From: an uncultured Gemmatimonadota bacterium
GTDB lineage: Bacteria > JAAXHH01
Length of the DNA: 64,000 nt
Direction of reading: 5' to 3'
Assembly (NCBI GenBank): GCA_964593235.1
Contig: CAZQGS010000026.1
Coordinates: forward strand, 22,133-86,132
Shown here: positions 31,132 to 41,486 of the stretch, one piece after another
How positions within the stretch are numbered: position 1 is the stretch's first letter
Layout of the letters: each line of letters opens with the position of its first letter
Program-made: the position numbers and the translations under genes
The notes under the pieces: model-generated
The model's input: the letters and a program-made list of their open reading frames with translations, nothing else
The model's database searches: none
What the model was told of the DNA's origin: nothing

Positions 31132-33588
31132 GTGTGTAAGCGCGTTTTTTTTAGCTTTGTTTTGTTACTGGTCTATTTTGATTTATTAAATGCTCAATCA
31201 TCAAGCTCAGTAGCGAATAAACAATATCTGCCACCGAGAGTACTGATTGTAGACTATGCCATGGCCTACCCTAAGGAAAACGCGGGCTTGGTACGAATAT
31301 TCAAGGAAGCAGGCTTTAATGTCAACCTCCGTTCATACTATCCTGCAATGGTAGGAAAAGACGTTTCTACTTATGATATTATAATTTTGCTGGGAGGCGG
31401 TGATCCTGGAATGAGCACTCAGGAAATTGATCTAGCTATCAATTATGTCTCCCGAGGGAAAACATTAATACTTGGAACACCATCCAATGGATTTTACGGA
31501 AAAAAGAGAAAAACTAACCCAGGTGTTCATGATCGGTATCAATTCAATAACTTACTTAATCGGCTGAAAATTAATCTTTTTGTGGTTAATGCTGATAATA
31601 AACTTAGCAAAAACCTGAACTCGGTAGCGAAATTTAACCCAGTTATAAACGATTCAGTTGGGAATAACCTGGGTGATGAAATATCTTTTCGTCCTGGCAC
31701 TCGTGTGTTAGTTGGATCGGGGGCTAAGCCCTTACTTGTAGAGTCAAAACTAATAAAAGCCAACAAAGCTAATCAACAGGAATCAGAAAAGGAGCCTAAA
31801 TACCGATTCATTCGCCGCAACCTCCGCATTCTTCCCTCAAATGCAATACCAGGAGAGAATATAAATTTGTTACTACGGGGCCGCCAAAAATTTCGAACAA
31901 ATTTGTACTTCAGGAGGCGAGAACGTTCAAAACCTGTAGATTGGGAGACATCAAAATTTAAGGGAGTAGTGGAAAGTATATCAGAAGCATTAGATACGCT
32001 CAAAATACGGATGCCTGGTAACCGTTGGGGTGCTGAATATGCGAGATTAAATGTTCCAACAAAAGTGATTGCAGATGCCTTTGTTAGTCGGGAAATTAGA
32101 GAAGTTATCCAGTCTGAAGATAGTCTTAAATCAATATGGGTTGATGAGGAAACCTATGGGCGTATGGCGATAGCTGCGGTGGGTAGAACAGGCCGCTTGA
32201 ACAAGGGTTTTGTATTGGTGGTGGACCGGGATATTCTAGCCGGAATTGATCTCCCCTTGCCACCACTAGGGATGCCTGAGGCAGAAACTGAAATTTTGGA
32301 GCAATTTTTGGGTATCCTTGCCCAGTATACTCGATCACTCATCGAAAATCCTACAAACTGGTCCTCCGATCACGACTATCCAGTGGCCCAGTTGCCAGGT
32401 AATCCGAAGTCCAATATAGCAATCAACAACATTTCTGTACTGGCTGATTTACCCGGTCGGGCGCAGAAAGTGCCATTTGTATCTCCTAGTATATCAGCTT
32501 CCGGTATGAAAATTGATAACATTCCAATACAATCTTATAATTCCCCATTGCGAGGAGTATGGGATTTTGTCACACGTCAGCATGATCATATTACTACCCT
32601 AGCTAATATTTTGCCTGAACTCAAAATGGATTTTTTGTGGACTGTAGCCCCAGTAGAAAGCTACCTCGGAGAGATTCCGATAGCAGGAGGGGTACGGTTT
32701 AAGTCATGGGCTGTACCAATTTCAGATTTACTAAGTAGTACTTCAACCGATTGGTACGTGGGGCTTACAGCGTTTAGTGCCATCGAGGGAGATTATGAAC
32801 AAGCTTTAGATGTTCGCGGTAAACCAACAGGATTACCTTCAAGGTTTGACATGGGTTATTTGAATAGATCTCTCTTTGAACCGTCTCGTATTATAGCTCG
32901 ACATAGTCTTAGTTATAATAATTTGAAGGGCATTATTCATGATTGGGAACCTCACATTAATAGGTTATTCAGATCTTATGGAATGATGGATATTTTTGAT
33001 GATTTACATTTCCAATACTTCACCCGCCATCTTGTTCAAACAGGATTTTATCAGGGAGAGGAACTTAAATCGTTTATACAACTTGGTCGGGACAAACGTT
33101 TCGAGTGGCTTCTGAAATCCGGATACTTAGCGACTTATTTCTCGATCCTGGAAACTAATGCAGAACGGCTAGGTATTCTTTATCGAAAAACGTTAGACGA
33201 AATAAATCCAGGCTTAATCCATGGAGCTTTTGTCCAATCCTTAAAACTAGATTGGTACTCTCTTGGTTTTTGGAAAGGAGTCGGTACACCAGATCGACCT
33301 TTTCTGATCTTCTCTTACCAACGTCCTCCAATATGGTTACGGCAGTTTCTTCGGGAGCGGAATATTTCAGCCCGAATACTTCCTGTTGGCTTGCTGGGCC
33401 TCCTAAACGAAAATGATATTGCCAATCTTCACATAGCAACCTCTGATTTAGGAGGATATGCACTAGAGCGTGGCATATGGCTCGTAGAAGATCCACCCAA
33501 AGATGTTGAGTTAAACGCTTTGCCGAAAAGTGTTCCCCGAGATGCTTTGCTAGATGTTATCCAGCGATCAAATGAGTATAGTGAATAA
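31132..33588 (+). CDS. Large secreted protein of unknown function
   Basis: 818 aa. Signal peptide MCKRVFFSFVLLLVYFDLLNAQ. No motif recognisable by eye. Confidence 0.35.
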   Translation: MCKRVFFSFVLLLVYFDLLNAQSSSSVANKQYLPPRVLIVDYAMAYPKENAGLVRIFKEAGFNVNLRSYYPAMVGKDVSTYDIIILLGGGDPGMSTQEIDLAINYVSRGKTLILGTPSNGFYGKKRKTNPGVHDRYQFNNLLNRLKINLFVVNADNKLSKNLNSVAKFNPVINDSVGNNLGDEISFRPGTRVLVGSGAKPLLVESKLIKANKANQQESEKEPKYRFIRRNLRILPSNAIPGENINLLLRGRQKFRTNLYFRRRERSKPVDWETSKFKGVVESISEALDTLKIRMPGNRWGAEYARLNVPTKVIADAFVSREIREVIQSEDSLKSIWVDEETYGRMAIAAVGRTGRLNKGFVLVVDRDILAGIDLPLPPLGMPEAETEILEQFLGILAQYTRSLIENPTNWSSDHDYPVAQLPGNPKSNIAINNISVLADLPGRAQKVPFVSPSISASGMKIDNIPIQSYNSPLRGVWDFVTRQHDHITTLANILPELKMDFLWTVAPVESYLGEIPIAGGVRFKSWAVPISDLLSSTSTDWYVGLTAFSAIEGDYEQALDVRGKPTGLPSRFDMGYLNRSLFEPSRIIARHSLSYNNLKGIIHDWEPHINRLFRSYGMMDIFDDLHFQYFTRHLVQTGFYQGEELKSFIQLGRDKRFEWLLKSGYLATYFSILETNAERLGILYRKTLDEINPGLIHGAFVQSLKLDWYSLGFWKGVGTPDRPFLIFSYQRPPIWLRQFLRERNISARILPVGLLGLLNENDIANLHIATSDLGGYALERGIWLVEDPPKDVELNALPKSVPRDALLDVIQRSNEYSE

Positions 33589-33775
33589 TAATTGCCCCTG
33601 TCCTATTATATCTTAAAAAAATCCCTCAAATTCGACTAGAAAGTAATAAAAACCTGCACTTTTGTACGGCACAGGAATTTGGGTTCATATATTTTTAGTT
33701 TTTATAACCAAGATAAAATTAATCAGCTCCACGAATGAGCAGTGGAATAATTCTACATTATTGCCTGAAAAATAC

Positions 33776-33807
33776 TTGACAAAACAGACTAATGTCTTCT
33801 TTATATT
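33776..33807 (+). promoter_or_regulatory. lexA promoter (TTGACA 33776-33781; TTTATA 33800-33805) with embedded AGAC-TAAT-GTCT inverted repeat (33786-33797)
   Basis: Consensus -35, 18-nt spacer and an AT-rich -10, about 55 nt upstream of lexA. A perfect 4+4 inverted repeat sits in the spacer. A degenerate Cheo-like GAAT-N4-GTTC lies at 33675-33686. Confidence 0.35.
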
Positions 33808-33861
33808 TTAGTTATCTGTTTAGGTTTCTAATTTTTTTAAAAAAACCTCAAGGATTTTGAT

Positions 33862-34476
33862 ATGGCCTATACTTCTCCTGGAGAAACCAGGAATAAAATC
33901 TACAGTTTTGTAAGGGAGCAGATCCTAAATGGAACACCACCCACAACTCGCGAAGTTCAATATGCTTTTGGATTTCGAGCAGTTCAGTCAGCTCGACAGC
34001 ATTTAGAGAAGTTGGTACTTGAGGGTAAGCTCGCTAAAGTGGATGGAATGTCACGAGCCTACCGATTACCGGAGTTTGGAAAAGTTAGTCCTCCCCAGTT
34101 AATCCCTATGTTAGGCCGTGTCCAAGCTGGAGAATTAACAGAGGCTATGGAGGATCCTTCAGAATATATAATGGTACAAACTCGTTTTGATGACAGTGAG
34201 CTTTTTGCACTGACGGTAGAGGGAGAAAGTATGCTAAATGCAGGTATTATGCCCGGAGATATGGTTGTTGTGCGCCGACAACCTACTGCTAGTTCGGGAG
34301 ACATCGTAGTAGCATTGATTGGTGAGGAAGCAACAGTCAAGCGGTACCGAGAACGAAATAGTAGTATTGAATTACATCCGGAGAATGACACTTTTTATCC
34401 AATAATTCCCGAGGAACTAGGGACATCATTTTCAATTTTGGGTAAGGTTATTGAGGTCCGACGGTGTGTAGAATAA
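33862..34476 (+). CDS. lexA: LexA repressor (S24 peptidase)
   Basis: 204 aa. wHTH N-domain, Ala-Gly cleavage site (VQAGE), catalytic Ser (GESM) and Lys (VKRY) in the C-domain. Confidence 0.9.
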   Translation: MAYTSPGETRNKIYSFVREQILNGTPPTTREVQYAFGFRAVQSARQHLEKLVLEGKLAKVDGMSRAYRLPEFGKVSPPQLIPMLGRVQAGELTEAMEDPSEYIMVQTRFDDSELFALTVEGESMLNAGIMPGDMVVVRRQPTASSGDIVVALIGEEATVKRYRERNSSIELHPENDTFYPIIPEELGTSFSILGKVIEVRRCVE

Positions 34477-34495
34477 AGTTAATATAGAAAGAAAA

Positions 34496-34515
34496 ATCGA
34501 AAAGTGTTCTTCGAT
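34496..34515 (+). promoter_or_regulatory. Inverted repeat ATCGAA-N8-TTCGAT upstream of imuA (candidate operator)
   Basis: Perfect 6-bp arms with 8-nt spacer (AAGTGTTC), 29 nt upstream of the imuA ATG, inside the short lexA-imuA intergenic region. Confidence 0.3.
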
Positions 34516-34543
34516 AGGTCAAAGAAATATCTAAGGAGTTTTC

Positions 34544-35179
34544 ATGTCAGGTATAAGTGTTCTGGATCTGCAGAATCACGATCTCTATTTTAAGCGAATT
34601 CCACGTGTAGATAAGAAAAAGAAACCGATATGGTCTCGGAAAGAACTGGCTGGACGTCTCTGCGAGTTGTCCTCTATCTATGGTACGGCACAGTTAACAG
34701 CTGCATTCCAATTGGTTTTAGACGCACAATTTGAAGGCGAACCAACCGCTTGGATCACAACGACGTTAGATACATTTTTTGCTCCTGATGCAGCAGAGGG
34801 TGGTGTGGACCTAGATGCTCTTGTAGTCATCCATGTCCCCAATACGGCAGCCGCAACGCGTGCGGCTGATCGGATTCTACAATCCGGGGGATTTGGATTG
34901 GTAGTAATGGATCTTCATGGTGATTCCAGAATTCCAATACCGATGCAAATGCGCTTAGTTCAGCAAGTTAGGGAATACAATACAGCCTTTTTATGCCTAA
35001 CTATCAAGTCCAAAGATATGCCTTCATTGGGACCGATGGTTTCTCTTAGAGGTCAGACATCTTGTCGTCGTCTGACGGTTGGACGTTTTCAATATGAAAT
35101 CGAAGTACTTAAGGACAGAAGTTATGGGCCAGGCTGGCATTATGCCGAAATCTGCCGTGGTCCGGACGGCTTGCATTAA
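34544..35179 (+). CDS. imuA: ImuA-like (SulA/RecA-fold) mutagenesis cassette protein
   Basis: 211 aa, degenerate RecA-like core (FGLVVMDLHG...), placed between lexA and a Y-family polymerase paralogue plus dnaE2. Confidence 0.65.
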   Translation: MSGISVLDLQNHDLYFKRIPRVDKKKKPIWSRKELAGRLCELSSIYGTAQLTAAFQLVLDAQFEGEPTAWITTTLDTFFAPDAAEGGVDLDALVVIHVPNTAAATRAADRILQSGGFGLVVMDLHGDSRIPIPMQMRLVQQVREYNTAFLCLTIKSKDMPSLGPMVSLRGQTSCRRLTVGRFQYEIEVLKDRSYGPGWHYAEICRGPDGLH

Positions 35180-36608
35180 TATCTGGGACTTGCCATTACA
35201 GATCCTATTAAGGAACCACCCAGAGTGGTGTAAAAAGCCAGTAGCTGTGGTAGAAGAAGAACAACCTTTGAGTCCTATTTTGTGGCTCAATGCAGCTGCT
35301 ATCCGGGCTGGTATTAAACCAGGGATGCGATATTCCTCGGCTCTATCTCTAGATCAGGGCCTGTGTGCAGGAACGATTTCAGATCAAGAAATACATTTTA
35401 CAATACAGAATATCCATATGGTACTCGATCATTTTAGCCCCTGTGTAGAACCAAGCAGGGAGGATCCTGGTATTTTCTGGTTAGATGCAAGTGGATTAAA
35501 TTTGCTCTACAGTTCCCTCAAAAATTGGGCGAGTCAGATTCAATCTAGTATTTTGCGTTTGGAATTAAAAGCTAGTATAGTAGTTGGCTTCAGCCGTTTC
35601 GGTACTTATGCAATTGCCAAGGGAAAAAAGGCAATGGTTGTAATGCCCACTATGGAAGTAGAAAATTACGAGAGTAACAGAGTCCATTTACAGCACTTTC
35701 AACTTCATTCTAAACTAAAAAAACAGTTAATCAAATTAGCAATACATACTGTAGATGACTTCCTCGCGCTTCCGCAAGAAAGTATAGTACAACATCTTGG
35801 TAAGCAGGCCAGAGATTTCTACCACTTCGCAATGAATGAACAATCTCTACCTCTTCAACCCCAAAAACTCCCTGAATCTTTTCAAGCCCAGATAGAATTA
35901 AGTAGAAATGAATCTAACTCTCAGAGTTTACTACTTCGAACATCTCAATTGTTAATACCCTTGCTAAATAAGATAGGGAATAAAGGGCAAGTAGTTGTGG
36001 CTCTTCGGTTAGAGTTTCGGTGTGAAAATGGAACTAGGTGTTATCACCGTATCCAGGCTGCAGAGCCCACCTTAAATGCCAAAATTTTGTTGGAACTTGT
36101 TGGTTTGAAACTGGAAACAATAACTTTTATTTTCCCTGTGGTAGAACTTTATCTCGAGGCAGAAGGTGTATGTTTTACAGATAAAAAAAGGAGTTTGTTT
36201 CGAGAGAACCCAATCCGTGATAAGAGCTCAGCTATGCGTGCATTAGCACGAGTGCGTGTTGAGTTTGGTACTAATTCAGTACTCATAGCCCAACTTAAAA
36301 AAGGACACCTACCAGAAGCTCGCTTTGAATGGTATCGCTTTGATAGACTCACAATTGCCAAGCCACGATCGGTATCCATACGTTCTCTGATACGTCGTAC
36401 TTATACACACCCTAGAGCGGTAGGTGATTTGCTATTAAAATATCCGCCATCCCCAATATCTTCCCACGAATATTTAATAAACGGGGGTTGGTGGTGTCGA
36501 GAAATCCGGAGAAATTACCGTTTTGTAGATACTAGAAAGGGTGAAACCCTTTGGGTTTATTATGACCACCGGAAACATAGTTGGTTCGTGCAGGGTTGTG
36601 TTGAATAA
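35142..36608 (+). CDS. imuB: ImuB, catalytically inactive Y-family polymerase paralogue (start uncertain: 35079/35124/35142)
   Basis: About 490-510 aa with Y-family (UmuC/DinB-like) palm/fingers arrangement but no catalytic DxD acidic motif recognisable by eye. Lies between imuA and dnaE2. The ORF-track start at 35079 overlaps imuA by 100 nt, so an internal Met is more plausible. Confidence 0.7.
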   Translation: MPKSAVVRTACINIWDLPLQILLRNHPEWCKKPVAVVEEEQPLSPILWLNAAAIRAGIKPGMRYSSALSLDQGLCAGTISDQEIHFTIQNIHMVLDHFSPCVEPSREDPGIFWLDASGLNLLYSSLKNWASQIQSSILRLELKASIVVGFSRFGTYAIAKGKKAMVVMPTMEVENYESNRVHLQHFQLHSKLKKQLIKLAIHTVDDFLALPQESIVQHLGKQARDFYHFAMNEQSLPLQPQKLPESFQAQIELSRNESNSQSLLLRTSQLLIPLLNKIGNKGQVVVALRLEFRCENGTRCYHRIQAAEPTLNAKILLELVGLKLETITFIFPVVELYLEAEGVCFTDKKRSLFRENPIRDKSSAMRALARVRVEFGTNSVLIAQLKKGHLPEARFEWYRFDRLTIAKPRSVSIRSLIRRTYTHPRAVGDLLLKYPPSPISSHEYLINGGWWCREIRRNYRFVDTRKGETLWVYYDHRKHSWFVQGCVE

Positions 36609-36641
36609 TTTCGAATAGAGTGTTTAACATTTATAATCATT

Positions 36642-39600
36642 ATGAATGATAATGTAACTGGCGTACGATCTTTATCGAACTCAAACAGTATGGTATCTCC
36701 AGCTAAAACTTATACCCCCCTTTGGTGCAAAAGTAATTATTCATTTCTGGAAGGAGCAAGCCATCCCGAAGAGCTGGTCGATTCCTGTAAGAATTTGGGT
36801 ATTACTTCTTTGTCGTTAACCGATCGTAATGGAGTTTACGGTATTATTCGTGCTCATGTCCGTGCTCGTGATTTAGATATCCATTTGATAGTAGGATCTC
36901 AAGTTAGTCTTCAGAATGGCTCAGATATTTTACTCCTAGCACAGAACCAGGAAGGTTATTCTCAACTCTGTCAGCTTCTGACTAACGGCCAACTACGTTC
37001 ACATAAGGGAGAATGCCGTGTGAGTTGGGAGGAAGTTTGTCATCATAATCCGGGGTTAATTGCGCTGTGGATTGGTGAATCCTATCCGATTAAATCAACT
37101 TTATCCGAAAATTATAATTCGACATTCATCTTGGAGCAACTTAAGTCAAACTTTGAAGATCGTTTGTACGTTTTGCTAGCTCGTCATCACCACGCAGAAG
37201 AACCCCTAAGAGAAATCCAGCTTCGGGAACTGGCGAACAAGTTAAGGGTGCCTACCGTAGCAGCTGTAGAAGTTCTCTATCATGTACCTGAACGTCGGCG
37301 TTTGCAAGATGTACTAACATGTATTAGGGAGGGGGTTACACTACCTGAGGCAGGACAATTAATCCGCCCGAACGATCAATATTTTATGAAAAGTATGGAT
37401 GATATGAAACGCCTATTTGCTGATGATTTAGTGTCACTCGAGCGAACTCGTGAGATATCTGAACGTTGTAATTTTCATCTCGGAGAAATACACTACCGTT
37501 ACCCACTGGAACGCCTTCCGAAAGGAAAAACCTCTATTCAGTACTTAGAAGAGCGAACCTTCGAGGGTGCAGCTCAACGTTTGGGTGACAAATTTGAAAC
37601 TCAGATTCCTCAGTTGAGAAAGGAACTTACATTAATAAGAGAATTAGAGTACGAAGGGTATTTCTTGACTATGTTCGAGATAGTAGAGTACTGTCGTCGT
37701 CAGAATATTATATGTCAGGGGCGTGGATCGGCAGCAAATTCTGCCGTATGTTTCTCCCTAGGTATCACAAGTGTTAATCCGACACAGGTGAATCTTCTCT
37801 TCGAACGTTTCCTATCGAGAGAAAGAGCTGAACCTCCAGATATTGACTTAGATATTGAGCATGATCGCCGAGAAGAAGTAATTCAATATGTGTACAGGAA
37901 GTATGGACGCTCGCATGCAGCTATGGTAGCTAATGTCGTTCGCTACCGATATCGTTCAGCTATTCGGGAGGTGGGTAAAGTGTTAGGAATTCCGGCTACT
38001 TCCTTAGATCAATTAGCCAAGCAGGTATCTCATGGGAACTGGAATGGAACCCTTTTTCGGAATACTGGTCTTGACCCAGAGAACCCAATCATACGTCACT
38101 TAAATATCCTAGTGAGAGAGATTCAACATTTCCCGCGCTATCTTTCTATTCATCCCGGAGGATTCCTAATAGGCCACCTTCCTATATACGAATTGGTACC
38201 GATAGAAAATGCTACTAAGAATAGGCGAACAGTAATCCAATGGGATAAAGAGGATGTGGAAAATGCAGGACTTTTTAAGGTTGATTTATTAGGCCTAGGC
38301 GCTCTAAACTTGTTGCATCGCGGATTTGATCTCTTGAGTCGGTACCGTCAGAAAGAACTTTCACTAGCTACGATCCCCAGGGATGATATTGCTACTTTCG
38401 ATCTTATTTGTCGAAGTGAAACAGTGGGTGTGTTTCAAATAGAGAGCCGAGCCCAGATGGCTATGTTAAGACGAATGAAACCCCGAAGTTACTATGACCT
38501 TGTAGTACAGATTAGTATTGTCCGACCTGGTCCAATAACGGGAGGTATGGTTCATCCGTACCTACGGAGGCGCAATAGGGAAGAATATGTGACATATCCT
38601 CATGAATCACTTATACCTGTCCTTAAAAAAACCCTGGGCGTTCCACTTTTTCAGGAGCAAGTGATGCAGTTAGCTATGGTTGCGGCAGACTACACGCCTG
38701 GAGAAGCTGACCAACTTAGACGGGATATGTCCGCTTGGCGGTTTTCAGGACGGATCGACCGGCATCGGGGACGTTTAATTTCGCGCATGGTGAAAAAAGG
38801 TATTGAAAAAAAATTTGCAAAGCAAGTATTTGAGCAGATTCGTGGGTTTGGTGAGTACGGGTTTCCAGAGAGTCATGCGGCTAGTTTCGCCCATATTGCT
38901 TATGCCACAGCATATATGAGGTGTCACTACCCAGCTGAGTTTATCTGTGCCCTACTTAATGCCCAACCTATGGGATTTTACACGCCAGCAACTATTGTCA
39001 ATGATGCCCGGATACATGGAATAGAGATACGATCAGTTGATATACGTCATAGTCGATGGGAATGTACGTTGGAAAAGATTGAGGATACGTCTGGAAAAGC
39101 TAATATCAAAAATAGTAATGTTGGTACTAAACACAAAATATTTGCGGTCCGAGTAGGTTTACGTTATATCCGTGGATTTGGGAAAAAAGATTGGGATAAA
39201 TTAGAATTAGCTATGTCTAAAGCACCTTTTCGTGATATTCAAGACATTGTTCAGCGAAGTGGTATTAACAAGGGGAAATTGGAATCTCTCGCAGTAGCTG
39301 GAGCTTTCAATTGCTTTGGCAAGGAACGTCGTTATTCTATCTGGGATATTTTGGGAACCAAAGAGTACTATCAATCTCCTTTGCTTTTAAAAATGGATAA
39401 CCCTCTTCCTAAATTTAAGTCTTTAGGTGACTTAGAAACTATCTGCTGGGATCACCAAACTTCCGGGCATAGTGTTCAAGGGCATCTCCTCAAGCCACGA
39501 CGCTCTGAACTAACAGCTCAAGGTATACCCACAGCACGAGAACTCAACAGGATGTCGGATGGTGATACAGTTAAGTATGTAGGGTTGGTTATTAGCCGTC

Positions 39601-39845
39601 AAAAACCGAAAACAGCTCAAGGCGTTACGTTTATGACATTAGAGGACGAAACAGGTTTTGTAAATCTAGTGATTTGGAAACAGGTTTTCGAAAATAATAT
39701 CACACTGGCAAAAAAACTGTATTATATGGGAGTTACTGGTAAACTTCAGGTAGGAGAAGGCCTTGTTCATTTAATTGTAAAGTCAATTTGGAACCCAGCA
39801 CTGGATGATCAACTTCTCTATTTACAAAGTAGAGATTTTCGTTAA
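36642..39845 (+). CDS. dnaE2: Error-prone DNA polymerase III alpha paralogue DnaE2 (ImuC)
   Basis: 1067 aa. PHP domain N-terminus, Pol IIIalpha palm/fingers (GRGSAANSAVCFSLGIT, DIDLDIEHDRR, GFLIGHLPIYELVPIE), OB domain at the C-terminus. No tau/beta-binding tail, and a typical DnaE2 length. Confidence 0.9.
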   Translation: MNDNVTGVRSLSNSNSMVSPAKTYTPLWCKSNYSFLEGASHPEELVDSCKNLGITSLSLTDRNGVYGIIRAHVRARDLDIHLIVGSQVSLQNGSDILLLAQNQEGYSQLCQLLTNGQLRSHKGECRVSWEEVCHHNPGLIALWIGESYPIKSTLSENYNSTFILEQLKSNFEDRLYVLLARHHHAEEPLREIQLRELANKLRVPTVAAVEVLYHVPERRRLQDVLTCIREGVTLPEAGQLIRPNDQYFMKSMDDMKRLFADDLVSLERTREISERCNFHLGEIHYRYPLERLPKGKTSIQYLEERTFEGAAQRLGDKFETQIPQLRKELTLIRELEYEGYFLTMFEIVEYCRRQNIICQGRGSAANSAVCFSLGITSVNPTQVNLLFERFLSRERAEPPDIDLDIEHDRREEVIQYVYRKYGRSHAAMVANVVRYRYRSAIREVGKVLGIPATSLDQLAKQVSHGNWNGTLFRNTGLDPENPIIRHLNILVREIQHFPRYLSIHPGGFLIGHLPIYELVPIENATKNRRTVIQWDKEDVENAGLFKVDLLGLGALNLLHRGFDLLSRYRQKELSLATIPRDDIATFDLICRSETVGVFQIESRAQMAMLRRMKPRSYYDLVVQISIVRPGPITGGMVHPYLRRRNREEYVTYPHESLIPVLKKTLGVPLFQEQVMQLAMVAADYTPGEADQLRRDMSAWRFSGRIDRHRGRLISRMVKKGIEKKFAKQVFEQIRGFGEYGFPESHAASFAHIAYATAYMRCHYPAEFICALLNAQPMGFYTPATIVNDARIHGIEIRSVDIRHSRWECTLEKIEDTSGKANIKNSNVGTKHKIFAVRVGLRYIRGFGKKDWDKLELAMSKAPFRDIQDIVQRSGINKGKLESLAVAGAFNCFGKERRYSIWDILGTKEYYQSPLLLKMDNPLPKFKSLGDLETICWDHQTSGHSVQGHLLKPRRSELTAQGIPTARELNRMSDGDTVKYVGLVISRQKPKTAQGVTFMTLEDETGFVNLVIWKQVFENNITLAKKLYYMGVTGKLQVGEGLVHLIVKSIWNPALDDQLLYLQSRDFR

Positions 39846-40076
39846 ACAGAATTTTCTCTTAAAAACCACCATTTTTAAATACTTCAATAGTTTATCAAAG
39901 CAAACGGATATCTTGCTTACTAGTCCTATTAGATATATACTACCCTGAAGTCCTTTATAACAAGTTTAATAACCTCAACAGAGATCCTCATTTTTTGTAA
40001 TCTTTCAGATTTATAATTCTAAGACAGCCTGTTCGAAAACGACATTACCCTCAGGCTCACACGGAGACTTGTACCT

Positions 40077-41486
40077 ATGGGTTCGGAAAAAAACATCATT
40101 AGTTTTGTCAATAGTCAGGCGGCTAGATTATCTGCAATTGCCAAGGATATCTGGGATCATCCACAGATTGCATTTCAGGAGACCTACGCTTCTGAGTTGA
40201 TCGCGGGAGAGCTAGAAGCAGATGGTTTTTCCATAGAATGGGGCGCAGGTGGAATGGCTACAGCATTTACTGCTACTTGGGGCTCTGGAAGTCCTATCAT
40301 AGGTTTTCTAGGGGAATATGATGCCTTGCCGGGTTTGTCGCAGCAGGTTATTGCGGAACAAAAATCTATCGAATCAGATGCACCGGGCCATGGGTGCGGG
40401 CATAATCTGTATGGTACAGCCTGCATGGGTTCGGTAATAGCCCTCAAGCGTGAAATGGAAAAAGAAAATATAGTTGGAACAATAAGATTCTACGGTTGTC
40501 CTGCGGAAGAACAAGTAATTGGTAAAGTTTTGATGGCACGAGATGGCGTTTTCAACGATTTAGACGCTGCTATAACGTGGCATCCTGGTTCCACAAATCT
40601 AGTGTGGAATGGTTCATCCCTTGCCCTAAATTCTTTCAAGGTGAACTTTTATGGAGTAGCTTCTCACGCTGCTGCTGCACCCCATCTAGGACGCAGTGCT
40701 CTTGATGGGGTAATGTTAATGGATATCGGTATGAACTATCTAAGAGAACATGTGGCATCAGAATGTCGTATTCATAGTGTCGTGACGAGTGGTGGTGATG
40801 CTCCAAACGTGGTTCCAGCCTATGCCCAGATCTGGTACTATATTCGAGCTCCAGAACGAGAACAAGTAAACTTGATGTACGAGAGAGTAGTCGATATTGC
40901 TAAGGGGGCGGCTCTAATGAGTGGTACTTCTCATGAAATTGAATTCATAGCTGGTTGTTATGAAGTTTTACCCAATAATGCACTGTCTGACCTAATGTTA
41001 GCAAAAATGGACCGAGTTAATGATCTTGTCTTTACTGCTGAAGAGCGACGTTTTGCACGCCAAATACAAGCTACTTTCCCTGATGAAGCAATTCAGGGGG
41101 CCTTTGATCGGCTCCAAATGGCAGTACAGAAAGATACTATAGTCGAAAGTATTGAGAATCCCCTATGGACCCAAGTTTTACCTCACGATGAAGACGGGCC
41201 ATCGGTCGAAGGGTCTACCGATGTGGGTGATGTAAGTTGGATAACACCCACTGGACAAATCACCTCGTGTTGTTGGCCTCTGGGAACACCACCGCATAGT
41301 TGGCAAATGGTTGCTAGTTCTGGATCTAGTATTGGTAGTAAAGGAATGCTCTTTGCTACTAAGACTATGGCTTTGGCTGGTCTCGATCTCCTAAGAGATC
41401 CGGATATTCTTAATCAAGCTAGAAAAGAGTTTGACGAAGCAAGAAATGGATTGACCTACAAGAGTGCTTTGCCAGAGAACAATTGA
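40077..41486 (+). CDS. M20D-family amidohydrolase (AbgB/aminobenzoyl-glutamate hydrolase-like)
   Basis: 469 aa. M20 metal-ligand contexts (GHGCGHNLYG, ...EEQVIGK...). AbgB-like length. Confidence 0.65.
   Translation: MGSEKNIISFVNSQAARLSAIAKDIWDHPQIAFQETYASELIAGELEADGFSIEWGAGGMATAFTATWGSGSPIIGFLGEYDALPGLSQQVIAEQKSIESDAPGHGCGHNLYGTACMGSVIALKREMEKENIVGTIRFYGCPAEEQVIGKVLMARDGVFNDLDAAITWHPGSTNLVWNGSSLALNSFKVNFYGVASHAAAAPHLGRSALDGVMLMDIGMNYLREHVASECRIHSVVTSGGDAPNVVPAYAQIWYYIRAPEREQVNLMYERVVDIAKGAALMSGTSHEIEFIAGCYEVLPNNALSDLMLAKMDRVNDLVFTAEERRFARQIQATFPDEAIQGAFDRLQMAVQKDTIVESIENPLWTQVLPHDEDGPSVEGSTDVGDVSWITPTGQITSCCWPLGTPPHSWQMVASSGSSIGSKGMLFATKTMALAGLDLLRDPDILNQARKEFDEARNGLTYKSALPENN

Noticed and set aside
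35079-35141. ImuB start at 35079, overlapping imuA by 100 nt
   Set aside because: A long overlap is unlikely. Internal Met codons at 35124/35142 give a conventional short overlap. The start is left uncertain rather than calling a frameshift or pseudogene.
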